Positions 50,901 through 63,474 of a DNA stretch of 64,000 bases are shown piece by piece (position 1 is the stretch's first letter; the number at the start of each line of letters is the position of its first letter). The notes under the pieces were generated by a model. That model saw only the letters and a program-made list of their open reading frames with translations. It did no database searches and was not told the origin of the DNA. This stretch comes from Octopus bimaculoides (lineage: Eukaryota), in NCBI RefSeq assembly GCF_001194135.2, contig NC_068998.1, positions 34,993,850-35,057,849 of the forward strand, read 5' to 3'. Position numbers and translations under genes: made by a program.

Positions 50901-51759
50901 TAGCTATTATTTTATTTTTAGTATTCAATTTAGTTTTAAGTATTAATCTAATATGTTTGTCATTAGTCAAATTCTCTTATCTGGTCACTGAAAGAGACCA
51001 ACTGAACATCCTATTGTGGAGGATTTTAACCAATGGACTATAGAGAATGTCTAGAAATCCCAGACATCGCTAAGCTGCTGCAAAGGATGGGAAACATTAC
51101 CATTACAGGATAAATTCTGCTGTCCAAGATGTTTGCTGAGCAATGAAGCCATTCTGCACACATTTCTTCAGTTCTGCTTCTTAGACCTGGTGAGGCTCAT
51201 ACTACCCCACTCACATCTTCCCAGCCATCTTGTCTCTCCTCCTCTAATCACCTTTGATGTGTATTGTTGCTACCCCTACCATGCCACATACTAATCACTA
51301 TGCTCAGTGTTTCCCTTCATCTATGGACCACTCCCCTCCCACCACCACCATTCATGCCTCCTCACAAGTATTGCCTAGCAGAGCATTAATGGCATCGATC
51401 TCAGTCAAATGAGAAGAGCTTATAAAAACCATGGGTGCTACCCCTTCTTATAAATGCAGTGAATAAAAGAATTTGTTCTTCCACCTTCAGGTGTTGTCCT
51501 GTGTAGGATGAATTTGCCCATCAGTCAATCCATTGTGAGGATCTACTCAGTGCTTTCTTTTTCTTTTTTACCCAGGAAGGGCAAGTAGTTTTCTTTTGCT
51601 TGGTACCTGTAGCCGAAGAAATTTTAAGATGGACAAGATCGATAGGACTGAGGATAACCCGCTTTGCATTAGCTCTCATTGATATTTTCCAGTTCCACTT
51701 GGAGAAGAACGTAACATGAGAATGACATAATGTCCTGTAAACGTGTGGAAAGATTGTCA

Positions 51760-52080
51760 TCATCACTTAGCGTCTGTTTTCCATGCTGGCATGGGTAAGA
51801 CTGTTTGACTAGAGCTGGTAAGCTGTAGAGCTGCAAAAGGTTCCAGTCTGTTCTGGCTTGGTTTCTATGGCTGGATTCCTTTCCTAATGCCAACCACTCT
51901 GCAGAGTGTACTGTGTGCTTTTCACATGTCACCAATATGGGCACCTCTCACATGTCACTGGCATGGGTGCCTCTCACATGTCACCAGCATGGATACCTTT
52001 TGCATGTCACTGGCACTGGGCATGACTACAATTTCACTTAGCTTGACATGTCTTCTCAAGCACAGTTTTTATGCTAAGAT
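51760..52080 (-). mobile_element. RTE-family 3' end
   Basis: catcatcacttagcgtctgttttccatgctggcatggg...ttcctaatgccaaccac. Confidence 0.75.
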
Positions 52081-52089
52081 AACTGTACA

Positions 52090-52789
52090 AAATTATCACA
52101 GGCAGTCAAGAATCCTGATGATAGTGCAAAATTATAAAAAGACAAGTGGGCTGGAGGAAACAACATAGTTCAATGCTGAAAAATGTCAAGTGCTTTACCA
52201 TCAGCCCACAAGCAGATTGTAATCAAAATACACAGGATCATAGTGCATTGCAATCTCAAAGTCACAATCAGTGTGTATGATCTGAGAATCCAAATGAATA
52301 ATGATACACCATTCTATGTGCATGTAACTAAGATGGCTACGATATGCAGGTGATTTGTTGGTTGGATTCTGAGATCATTAAGAACTAGGGGAAAAAAAAA
52401 ACATTTGTTCTGTAACAGACATTATTCTCAGTCACCTGGACAATCACTTCCAATTATAGTCAACACATAACATTCAGCAAACAGCAGAGCTTGAGGCAAT
52501 CCAGCCAAAAAAAAAAATTGCTTCTATTGAACAAATGAGCCACTGGAAGAAGCTAAAACAATGAGGCTCTATTTACTAAAGTTAAGATATGAAAGTTATC
52601 CAGTAATATAGAAATTGAAGATCCTGGATGTTCTAGCACTTAAATTTGGGATTGAAAGCTATATCAACCCTTGAATTGGATTCTCAGATCACACACAATA
52701 ATTGTGACTTTGAGATTGCAATGCACACTGATCAAGTGCATTTTGATTGCAATCTGTTTGTAGGCTGATAGTCAAGCACTTGGCATTTT
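52090..52789 (+). mobile_element. CR1-clade LINE RT C-terminal fragment followed by an inverted copy of an internal segment
   Basis: WAGGNN..FNAEKCQVL, DLRIQM, VGWILRS, MSHWKKLK-like motifs. 52676-52789 is a diverged reverse complement of 52180-52293. Confidence 0.7.
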
Positions 52790-52949
52790 TAATATATGAA
52801 AATTTACTTAATTTATGAAAATCTTTCTTCAAATATTATGACAGTATCAAGAATTCTTTCTAAAAGAATTTACATCTATCTATCTATCTATCTGTTTATC
52901 TGTCTGTCTGTCTGTCTGTCCATCTATCCCTCCATCTACACACACACGT

Positions 52950-52980
<31 letters not shown>

Positions 52981-52983
<3 letters not shown>

Positions 52984-53260
52984 CATCATCATCATCATCC
53001 TTTCATCCTTTAATGTTTGTTTTCCATGCTGGAATGGGTTGGCTGGTTTGACCAGAGCTGGCAAGCAGAAGAGCTGTACCTGGTTCCTGTATGTTTTGGC
53101 TTGATTTCTACAGCTGGATACCCTTCCTAATGCCAACCACTTTATAGTGTGTGCTGAGTGCTTTTAACATGGAACCAGCATGAAGGCTTTTACATGGTGC
53201 TAGAATGAGAGTTTTTCTTACATGGCATCGACAGAGGACTCTCGCAGGTCATTCCTCTAT
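52981..53260 (-). mobile_element. RTE-family 3' end
   Basis: (CAT)n, tttccatgctggaatggg, ggatacccttcctaatgccaaccac. Confidence 0.75.
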
Positions 53261-53754
53261 ACCAGGGGAAGCACCCTTAACACTTCTGCTGTAGAGGATG
53301 GTTTTTCTTGAGTACATATACATGTGTGTATGAAGGCACGTGGCCTAATGGTTAGGCTGTTGTACTCATGATTACTAGATTGTGGGTTTGATTCCCTGGC
53401 TCGGCAGCACATTGTGTTCTTGAGCAAAACACATAATTTTGCATCACTCCAGTCCCCCTCTGATCAGGGGGTGGGATTGTTGGCCCCTTCACCTTGCCAG
53501 TGAAGTGGCATCATTTGAAGGCTAAAACAATGCAAAAGTGGATTGTGACCAGCAGTGTGTAACAACATATGATAGATTGGCCCATCACATAATACACACA
53601 CACACAGATAGATGTATTAATATAATGTATGTATTTGTGTTGTTTTCAAATCTTTCACCAATACAGAAAGAGCTGGTTTCTATCCCAGAAGCAAAACTTT
53701 TTCATTGGAGATCAGAATATATCAGTGGGGAAGTCATGTATGCGTATTTGCATG

Positions 53755-53797
<43 letters not shown>

Positions 53798-53862
53798 CAC
53801 ACACACTCACTCACTCACACACAGATAATCAAGCAATTGGATTGACAGATATTGACTGTTGG

Positions 53863-54092
53863 CAAGCGAGCTGGCAGAAACGTTAGCACGCCGGGCAAAG
53901 TGCTGGGCGGTATTTCGTCTGCTGCTACGTTTTGAGTTCAAATTCCGCCAAGGTCGACTTTGACTTTCATCCTTTCGGGGTCAATTCAATAAGTACCAGT
54001 TATGCACTGGGGTAAATATAATCGACTTAAGCCGTTTGTCTGTCCTTGTTTGTCCCCTCTGTGTGTAGACCCTTGTGATCAGTAAAGAAATA
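53863..54092 (+). mobile_element. Young Meta-like tRNA SINE with a perfect 16-bp TSD
   Basis: AGATATTGACTGTTGG occurs at 53847-53862 and 54093-54108. The body is CpG-rich, with gagttcaaattcc (B-box-like). Confidence 0.9.
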
Positions 54093-54480
54093 AGATATTG
54101 ACTGTTGGACAACTCTAAGTAGGATTCTTGTAATCTAAATATATTTTCATCTTGTCGTACTTGTTCCTCTCAGTTTTTCTCAATTGTATGGTGTTAATCA
54201 AATGCTCTTTTACACACTCTAACAGCATCACTACTAGAAATTAGACAACAATCAATTATTGCTGCTTTGCTAACGTAGACGTATGATCTCAGTATATATT
54301 TTCAAAAGAGATTAGGTGAGAAACAAACACCAGGATGAAAAGATAAACAAAGAGAGGGGGAGCGAGGGAGAGAGAGTGTATATGTATAATGTTGCATGTG
54401 TGAGAAAGAGACAAAAATGAAGAACAAATGTGTGAAGGAAAGAGAGGTTGTGTGAGTGAGACAGAGAAAAACAAATGAAT

Positions 54481-54523
<43 letters not shown>

Positions 54524-56291
54524 TGTTGTGTGTGTGTGTGTGATGGAAAAAACAAAAGTACTGAGTGATAAAGGGAGAGAGAGAGTGAGAGAGAGAGTTG
54601 TGTATGAGTGAGATGGAAAAAAATAAAGCATAAGGTGAAAGAAAGATTGTGTGTGAATGAGGTGAAGAAAGAGAAAAGAATAAAGAGAGAAAGATGTTGT
54701 GTGTGAGTGAGAAGGAGACATACAAAATAAAAGAGAAAGATTTCTTTGATCATTTTCTTAGTTTTACTGAAATCTGTTAACATCACTATTTGAAAGGCAT
54801 ACATGTCTTTAACCTATCATCTATTATAGAAATACTTGCTTAAGGATATGTATACTGTGGAGATTAGGTTATTCTTCACTCTCTCTTTGTAAAATAATTG
54901 TTCAAGTGTTGTTGTGATTTCTTTTGTTCATTGTTTTGATTTTATTATTTTTTTTTTTTATTCCTTTCAGAAGTCATTCTCCTGTTCTTTCTATCTTCTA
55001 TGACATTTTGCATTTTTTTCTTATCCTTCTCTAATTGTTGTTTAAATTATGTATAGAAAGTTAGGGTTGGACAGTGATGCAAATATCTGAAAAGTTTTAT
55101 ACCATAGCTTCCAAATTCTAACTGAAATAATTCAACTTTGAAGTCATGAGTTATTAACAAGAGACGTTTCCTTAAAAATAGTTATCAGTCAGCTGAGAAT
55201 TGTAAATTAGAGCTCACATGTTACTGTAGCAAGCATCACATTTCATGTGATATGGTGAAGAAAAAGAAAAAGAAGTATTATTAGTCATTGATTAAAATTA
55301 TTTTTCAGCAAGTATCAGAGACAACTCTGGTATGTTTCCGCCTAATTTGATCTCATCAGCAAAACACAGATTTTACTATTTGTGCCCAAATATTGATGAA
55401 ACCTGTCATCTAAATGGCAAATTCTATTCAGTGGNNNNNNNNNNGGGGGGGAAGCCAAACACATTAAACATCTGATTTTGAAAATCATAATTAATTAAAT
55501 TCTTATAAATAGTAAGTGCTGTCTGTGGTAAATCATGGATGGAATGTCTTTGATCGTAGTTCTGCTGGATGGATCTGATCTGGGTTAAGCAACAAAGCAG
55601 CTTGTATATAGTCGTCTGGCCTTCCTAAAATGGCAGGTAAATTCACAAAAAATCTAACCCCTACTCTCTTAGATGGAAACTGTATAAAGTAGTAGTCTCT
55701 GATATACAAAATAGGATGGTCAGTGCTGGAATGACTTTGATCATAAGTCTGTTTGATCAATACTAACCTGGGGCTAAACAGTAGGTACAACAACAACAAC
55801 AGCATTTTATTCTCTGTCCTTTTATTAAAACTAGCCACTCAACTGTGACCATAGATTCTCAACTAGTTTGAAGGCATCAGAGTGAGGAATCATTAAGCAA
55901 TCATGCTCTAGTACACACGCACACACACACACACACACACATTGCAATGTTGACTTGATTAGTTTGTCTGGGTAATTAATTGCAGTCTATGCTAATTTTT
56001 CATGCCTACTCGTGTGCACTAGTGTATAACGACATAGTGATTCAGTCATCACAACTTCAGCAACTACATGAAGTGTATTCTTTGCTGAGGAGGTCTATTC
56101 AAGATCAAGGCCTATCTACAGTTATTTCCTATACTTACTGAAATAATTAGAATAATATTATTAACCATTTTGGTGACATCATCACCTTTTAAGTACAGCA
56201 TGAAGTATGTTCACACTTACGTAAATTGTTTTTCAAGTGGATAACAACTGTAGAACTAAATCCTCTTACTTTTGTTTTTTTTTTAATTTAA

Positions 56292-56513
56292 CCTTTAGCA
56301 TTCAGAATACTTGGTTAAGTGCAGTGTTTATTTATTCACATTGTTTTGAATTAATGATGCATTTTCACATAGCTTCAAGATTTCAATAATGTGATTGTTG
56401 TTTATTTTTAGAATGACATTGTTGGGTAGGTGTCAAAGGTTGGATCTGGTCAGTCTACATATAAAACAAGAAGAATATTTGAGCCAGATATGGCTGGTTT
56501 AAATGCTAAAAGA
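56292..56513. mobile_element. piggyBac-like MITE
   Basis: TTAA|cctttagcatt ... aaatgctaaaaga|TTAA. Confidence 0.55.
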
Positions 56514-56659
56514 TTAAACTGGTGATTTATTAGGTCTTTGATATCTCTCCTTCACTTTAATGCTACCCATCAGCTTCTCTGCTCTAGAAATGCTCCTTCT
56601 CTTAAACATAACATTTGACCTTTTATTTTCAATGGAGCTGTGTAAAACATTTGAGTGGA

Positions 56660-56870
56660 GGCATGTGGCTCAGTGGTTAGTGTATTCGGCTCAAGACCAT
56701 ATGGTCGTGAATTTGATTCCAGGTAGTGCATTGTGTCCTTGAGACTGGCACTTTATTTATTATTGCTTCAGTCCACTTATTTAGCAAAAATGAGTTGTAA
56801 CTGCAATTCAAAGGGCCAACCTTATTACACTGTGTCACACTGAATCTCCGTGAGAACTACAATAAGGGAG
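56660..56870 (+). mobile_element. tRNA-derived SINE (additional family)
   Basis: gcatgtggctcagtggttag (A-box-like) and gaatttgattccagg (B-box-like). A related copy lies at ~53335-53600. Confidence 0.55.
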
Positions 56871-57879
56871 TTTTTCCTTCTCATTTATTGGTTATTGATC
56901 TTATCAATCAAACTTCTTAGCAGAATTTGTTTTTGTAGTTCTCTTTGACTGACTCTGTCTTTCCATCCCTCTTTTTTTTTTCCATATCTTTATATTTTTA
57001 GTTTTTTGTCTATCATCCACACACACACACACACACTTGCATCTATATGTTAATTTTTTTTCTATTTAAATATCTTTTAATGTAATTAGCTGAGCACTGT
57101 GAACAAACTCATTATTTTAAAGGTTAATCTCCCCAAGTCTTACAAAGGGCAGCTTAGTGCAGGCTATCATACTTGATGTAGGTAACCTTTGTGTGTGTGC
57201 ATGTGCATATGTATGTATGCATGTTCCACATTGTCACTGTTTTGCCCCTTCAGGGTGAAAATTGTTAAGATTTGTTCTTTTCAACTTCTGATAAAAAAAA
57301 ACTTAGAATATTGTATGCCCACCAGGCAATGCAATAAACAAGAAAAAATTACCAATAAAAAAAGAAAAAAATCATTTAATTAGATAAATTAAATAGTATT
57401 TTGAAAAACAAATAATTATGTTATTTAAGTAAAAATGTAAGAGTACAAATTTAATTTAAGTTCATTCTCAGACAAAGTTGAGATTGTTAGTTTCTTTTTA
57501 AAGTAATATATCAAAAATATAGTAATTCAGATTATTATATTTGTTTTAGCTATTCATAAACCCTGAGCAAAGTTGAGTACTATGTCTAGTTTTGAAGTAA
57601 CTGAGAAAACATTCATTAATGTTACTAGAAGTTTCTTCTCAGAAGGAGCCAAAAAAACCCCCTGAAAATTTTGATTTACAAACATTTAATTTTCGTGGGG
57701 AAATGAATGACCATGTAGATCTTATTCTGGTTTTTGCTAAGTATTATGACAACTCTAGATATGTTTAGTTACCTTGAAAATTAAATTGATACAAACTAGG
57801 TAGGTTCTTCATTTTGACAGACAATATTCCTTTTGCAATTTTGTGCTGACAAACACAACTGTAGCTGTGATTCAAAACT

Positions 57880-58140
57880 GAACTGCTAGGTAACTGGCCA
57901 TGCATCACAACCAAATCACAGTAGCTTCAAGCAATTTGTCTAATAAGCGACTAATCAACATCAAGCCAACATGTGATTCAATCTTCTAGAATCTTCTTGT
58001 GTCTTATAAAAAGGCTATTTTTGATGGTAATTGTGGAATGTTGAGGCAACTGTGTCTTCCTTCTTGTCATGAATATAGCACAGTTATTTCTACTTAGGCT
58101 GGGATAGCTACATGTTTCTGTATCACTAAGCTGGCTGTAA
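57880..58140 (-). mobile_element. Decayed CR1-clade LINE 3' coding fragment
   Basis: Weak similarity to the KL.LYSL...NSL...FK..LD region across frameshifts. Confidence 0.3.
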
Positions 58141-58248
58141 ACTCCAAGTTGTCCATCTCACCTAGTATGTAATTAGTGCTGTTTTTTTTTTTTTTGTAAA
58201 AGGCCAAAACAGTTTAACACTTTGTGAAATAATAAAAGCTTCTGTTAA

Positions 58249-58470
58249 CCCTTTTGATACCAACCTGCATGAAACTGCCTTTTGCTCTGTAGTACAAATG
58301 TCTTGTTTCCATAAGTTCTGAATTAAAATCTTCCACCAAACCTTAGTCACAATTTATGTTCCTAACACTAGCTTAATGAGAACAAAGTTATTTTACTAAA
58401 TTCTTTGTTATATTTAAAATTAATTGAAACAAACTCAGAGCATCTCAAAAGAAATACAGTAACGAAAGGG
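58249..58470. mobile_element. piggyBac-like MITE
   Basis: TTAA|cccttttgatac ... gtaacgaaaggg|TTAA, giving imperfect TIRs that start CCC, with a TTAA TSD. Confidence 0.75.
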
Positions 58471-59399
58471 TTAAATGTTTGTGGGTGTTGTCAGTTACTT
58501 CTCCACACAACCCAAGAAACATGTTTCCATTAATCAACTCAATCGGTCACCACCTCAGACTAGCCAACAAACACCACTTGGGACTCAACTAATCTGTTCT
58601 GCTCACAATGCAGAGATGGGCAATGAAAGAGTCTTTATGATCATTTAACATGCTTGAAATAGCAGCAAAATACCCCCTTCTCTTTTATCTTCATGAAAGG
58701 GAAGATTAGCTAATGAAGTCCTACATATTCCTGGAAAGAAGAGATAGTTTTGGTTGGAATGCTTTAAATTATAGGTCTGTCCAATTAGGGTTGAATCTGA
58801 TATTAAACAACAGCAACAACAATGACAAAAGCAATAGCAACAATTCCAACCAAACCAAATAAACAGTATTACATTCCTCATTCATATGGTGATGAAGGTT
58901 ATGGTCGCATGGAAAATAATACCTCCCTGCCTGTCTGTCTATCAAATCAATCTTTTTATGTAGTTTTGAGAATTTTTAAGCTAATGAATATTTGTGTTGG
59001 CATAAATCAAATTGGTAATAAAAATATTGGTGTCTACTTCATTTCATGACACACAAGCACATATCACTGTCTGTCTGTCTACTTCTTTATCTTGTTCTAC
59101 CTATCAATCTTACTACTTATTTTGTTCTATTTATTTATCTGTTTGTCTCTCAAGTTCATTGTCCATCTCGCTGTGCATCTCTGGATATTTTTATATTACT
59201 GTTTGTCTAGTCTTTTATTGGTACTGGCTTCAAGTATTTATTTAGGCCATCATATCAACCCCAGTATATTTCATTCTGGTATTTATTTTATTAATCTCTC
59301 TTCATCAAATTCTTAAGACAAACAATAAAAACGAAAAGACAAATGGATTTTGTGGTATCTCTACAATTGTTTCATTAAGAAATTTTATTATGGCATATA

Positions 59400-60685
59400 T
59401 GCAAAAAGGTATGTATTAATGTGTAAAATTCATAAAAAATATGCAATACATTTGCATCATATTTCTCCCAAATCATTTGGTTTTATCATCATTAAGAGTC
59501 AAATATTGATATATTGCAACATTGGTGATCTTCACAAACTGACTAGATTCTTTTATCTGTTGGTTTGTGTCATACTCTTAGCCATCAAAAATCTGCACTT
59601 TAGTCAGCTCAGTTGAGGAACTTGCTGGAAAAGTTTTTCCAAGTATAATTTCAAATTACACAAATGCTGCTTGGTTGTGTGAAAGAGCAATCACAGCACC
59701 AAAGAACATTACTTTGAATAATTTAAATGAAAGACTTGAGAAATTTTTATAAGGAAATGAACATACTTACAAATCTATAGACTCTGTTGTAGATGAATCG
59801 GAAATAGTCAATTACCCACTTGAGTTCTTCAACTCACTGCAGCCACTAGGAGCTCCTCCTCATTGCCATCCGTTGAAAATAAGCACTCCAATCATGCTTC
59901 TGCGCAACCTTTCTCAACCAAAGCTGTGCAATGGCACAAGACCTGTTGTCAAGAAATTCATGAGAAATGTCATACAGGCCACAATTTATGGCTGTAGAAA
60001 TGGTGAAGATGTTTTTAGTCCTCGTTTACCTTTAATACACTCCAATATGCCCTTTGAGTTCAAATGACTTCAATTTCAAATACGTCTGTCTTTTGTGATG
60101 TCCATTAATAAGTCCCAAGGCCAGATTTTGAAAGTTGCCGCTTTGCAATTAGAAGAGGACTGTTTCTCACACATTCAGTTATATGTTGGGACATCCAGAG
60201 TGGGAAACAAGAACAATCTTTTCTTTCTTTGCTCCTACTGGTAAAATCCGACACATTGTCTATAAGGAAGTTTTTACCAAGGGATCAACAAACTAAAATT
60301 TGTAGAATGATAACTTTGAATTGATATTGTCAATGTCACACTATATTTGTCTAAGGAAAGCTATTTGTATTTTTGTTTGTTGTAATACAGTACATATGTT
60401 TTTATTTTTCCCCAAACTTTTATTTACTTATCTTGTACTAGACGTAAGCCAAACTCTGTGAGATGCTTGCTTCATTTATAGACTGAAATACTATAGATCA
60501 TAGATCAGAAGTTTATATGCACCCATGATAACATTGGCCAGAAGAAAACAGCTCTATCATCTACATAAAAGTTAACAGCCATTTCTTATATATTGTTCAA
60601 TACAATCTAAGTCAGTAGCTTTCAATCTTCATAATACAATTTTGGCAGCTTCTTTCAACCCAGTCAATGACGGGTGTTTTTGCTA

Positions 60686-60686
<1 letters not shown>
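59400..60686 (+). mobile_element. Helitron remnant: PIF1-family helicase C-terminus and intact 3' terminus
   Basis: [10 protein letters not shown]...[12 protein letters not shown]...YPLEFFNSL...[17 protein letters not shown]...SINKSQGQ...QLYVGTSRV, with two stops. Hairpin acccagtcaatgacgggt (60658-60675), then CTAG|T (60683-60686). Confidence 0.92.
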
Positions 60687-60729
<43 letters not shown>

Positions 60730-60766
60730 NNNNNNNNNNNNACATGCACACATACACACACACACA

Positions 60767-60980
60767 TGGAGTGCTGAAAAGTTCCTGGCTTTGGGTAAAA
60801 GAAAATACAGGATGATCAGTTAATTATGATTTTATTCAATGTATTCCCCTCCCAGATTCACACACTTATTGCAGTGGTCCTTCAGTTTTTCTGTGCCCAG
60901 TAAAAGAACTTGGATGGTTGGACCTCCAACCAGGCCTTTCACAATACCCTTAAAGCCAGGAACTTTTCAGCACCTCTTCG
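60767..60980. mobile_element. Mariner-type MITE
   Basis: Inverted ends gtgctgaaaagttcctggcttt / aaagccaggaacttttcagcac, with TA to the right. Confidence 0.8.
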
Positions 60981-61049
60981 TACATATGTAGATATATATA
61001 TATATGTATGTATGTTTGTATATATCACCTGTATCACCTGCCTACTATC

Positions 61050-61620
61050 GGATGTTGTTATAACCCCACTGGTCATAATGCACTTTCAGTTCTGTTTTAA
61101 TTGTGTCCTTCTTTTGTATCTTTCCATCCAAATGGCCCTTTCCAGTCTATTGGATACCATTAGATACTGCACAGATCAACTTGTTGTCTGTAGACCTTGT
61201 AATTTTTCTGGCCTTTTGGAACCTGTGCTTTCAGTATTCTGTAATCACATTGTTCACTCATTCTTGAATTCGACCATTTCAAATATGCGCTCACAATGAT
61301 ATTCCTAGCCTGGATTGTTCCATGGCCTTTTATGCTACATCTGCTATCAATGTTCTACCCTCTTTGTTGTAGCACACATCCCATTTGCATATTAGAGTGC
61401 AGGTAGCATGGTGCCAGTGAAGAGACAGGAACATAGAATCTTGTCAAGCTTTGCATTGAGCATATTTTTTATCAAGATAAACACCTTCCCTTCTACTCTT
61501 ATTTGCCATGAGATTCCAGCATCTGTATCTTAGTGCATATTCACTGTGTACCCCAAGGAGACATATTCTTTCACCTCTTCAATTTCATCACTTCCCACCT
61601 CTCTTCATCTTTGTGCTGTC
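61050..61620 (-). mobile_element. Decayed RTE-clade RT C-terminal fragment (third family)
   Basis: EIEEVKEYVSLG...LFTGTMLPAL*YA (IE.V..YVYLG...LF.STVLPA.LY), with stops. Confidence 0.6.
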
Positions 61621-61810
61621 TTCAAACCACATGTGTTTTATTTTTATGCAGTTCATTTTAAGGTAGACAGTTCTTACCTACAGTAAAATTGAAGATATTA
61701 ATTATTTTCAAAAAAGTGATAATTTCTTGGTATTCAGTGTATATTTTAGTAAATGGATAGTCTTTTGCTATTTGCTGTCTTATGCCCTGTGTATATACTG
61801 CCATGTAATG

Positions 61811-61874
<64 letters not shown>

Positions 61875-62094
61875 ACACACACACACACATCACTATTCTG
61901 TCTTATATTTCATCTTGTACCTTGAAAGTATGCCTTCATCATCTCTCTCACTCATTCTCTTTCCCTGACTCTTTCTGTCTCTATCTTTCTCTGTCTGTCT
62001 CTCTCTCTCCATCTGAGGAGGCCATTTACTTCCACTTCATGAAGTCACCAGTTCCTGTCTTTGTATCATACTTTCTTTCCCTCAATACTTATAC

Positions 62095-62297
62095 CATCTC
62101 TCAAGTTAAGGGGACTTGCTGGTGCAAATGAAAAGGCACTCTGTGATGTGGTTGGCATTGGAAAGAGAGTCAAGCTGTAGAAAGCATGTCAAGGCAGACA
62201 TTGGAGCTCAGTGCAGTCCTCTGGTTCATCACTTCTTGATGGACTGTCCAACACATACCAGCATAGAAAAACAGATCTTAAATAATGATGATGATAA
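62095..62297 (+). mobile_element. RTE-family 3' end
   Basis: gtggttggcattggaaagagagtcaagctgtagaaa...ttaaataatgatgatg. Confidence 0.65.
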
Positions 62298-62370
62298 TGA
62301 GAAACACACACACACACACACACATGATCATATATACACATAAAATCTATGATGTGCTTTAAGTGCATGT

Positions 62371-62402
<32 letters not shown>

Positions 62403-63426
62403 GTCATCCAACTTCAATTGGTGACACTATGTGGTTCAGAACTCCACAGTATTTTCAAGTAGCTTAAAGTCAGTTGAAGAATCACCAGTTCTATCAACTG
62501 GATTGGTTGACCCTAGACTGACCAGTGGCTGAAGAATTTCTTCTGCTCAGGTTGTATCATGTAGTTTTGCTGAATGAAGATCAATACATGAAACTGTACA
62601 TCTGCCATGCTGCTCCCCATGACTTGAGTTTTCATCATTGAGGTTAACTCCTCTCTTGGATGATTATTGATGCCTACATGTCCCTCTGCTCTTTGACAAG
62701 TTTTGCTTTTCATCTTGCATGGCATCCAAATCACCCACCTCACCAAGCATGGTGGAGATGCTGATTTAGTTGCTGCAAAAATGCGACAGATCGTACTGGG
62801 CTCCATGTTACCAGTGGCACTCAAAAGTGACATGACATGACATTTAATTAACAGTAACATTAGGCCTCCTTATTTATCATGTTTACAGTCCTATATTTCT
62901 GCACTGCACATTTAACCAAGTGTAATGTTGTGTATACTTGGGAGTTAGCTACAAAGTAGATGTAGAGCCAAATAAAATTGAAAGCATACAAGAAAGTAAA
63001 TTATTGATATTTTGAAGCCTTCAGTGAAATATATTGCAATTACTTTTTGCTGATGAAATGATTTTATGATTGCATAAAATTATTGAAACAAGAGTACAGA
63101 TTGCAGATTCAGAGAATCAATAATTTGTTTGTTTTGTTATTCTTTCAATTATATATTTGTGTATGGATGGATGTGTGTGTATCTCTATCCACATAAAATG
63201 GAAAATGGTTCACGCAAACATGAATGCCTTGTGTATGTCATTCAACTCAGCAATCTACCTCTTACTAATGCTCAATTTATACTTCAATATCTTACAAGAA
63301 AGACAGAATAGATACTACGTAAGGAACTGGTGTTGACATGATTTCCCCTCCCCAAAAAAAAAACAAAAGCCCTTGATAGAACGAAAGGGTGACTTTATCT
63401 GGTTTTTCTTGTATTTATTTTTCTAG

Positions 63427-63474
63427 AAACCATAACTTGGCTACAGCTTCAGCATCACCTGAACATTCAAATCA
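63427..63474 (+). CDS. Candidate next coding exon of the same gene (luminal stem)
   Basis: Acceptor tttttcttgtatttatttttctag and donor TCA|gtaagt. 48 nt, open in the phase-2 frame needed to continue exon 1125-1298: (K)NHNLATASASPEHSN. There is no homology support. Confidence 0.45.

Larger units (their letters stand above)
1299..63426 (+). other. Putative ~62-kb transposon-filled intron
   Basis: GT..AG bounded by the two exons above. I found no other convincing in-frame exon between them, but exons hidden in N-gaps cannot be excluded. Confidence 0.4.

Noticed and set aside
54971-55050. Host exon after a strong acceptor (ttttattcctttcag)
   Set aside because: Low-complexity T-rich content, no good donor, and the phase-2 frame reaches a stop.
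33972-60686. One 27-kb Helitron (N-terminus at 34 kb, helicase at 60 kb) split by nested insertions
   Set aside because: The 34-kb piece has its own 3' hairpin at 35256-35275, so the two are better explained as independent elements.
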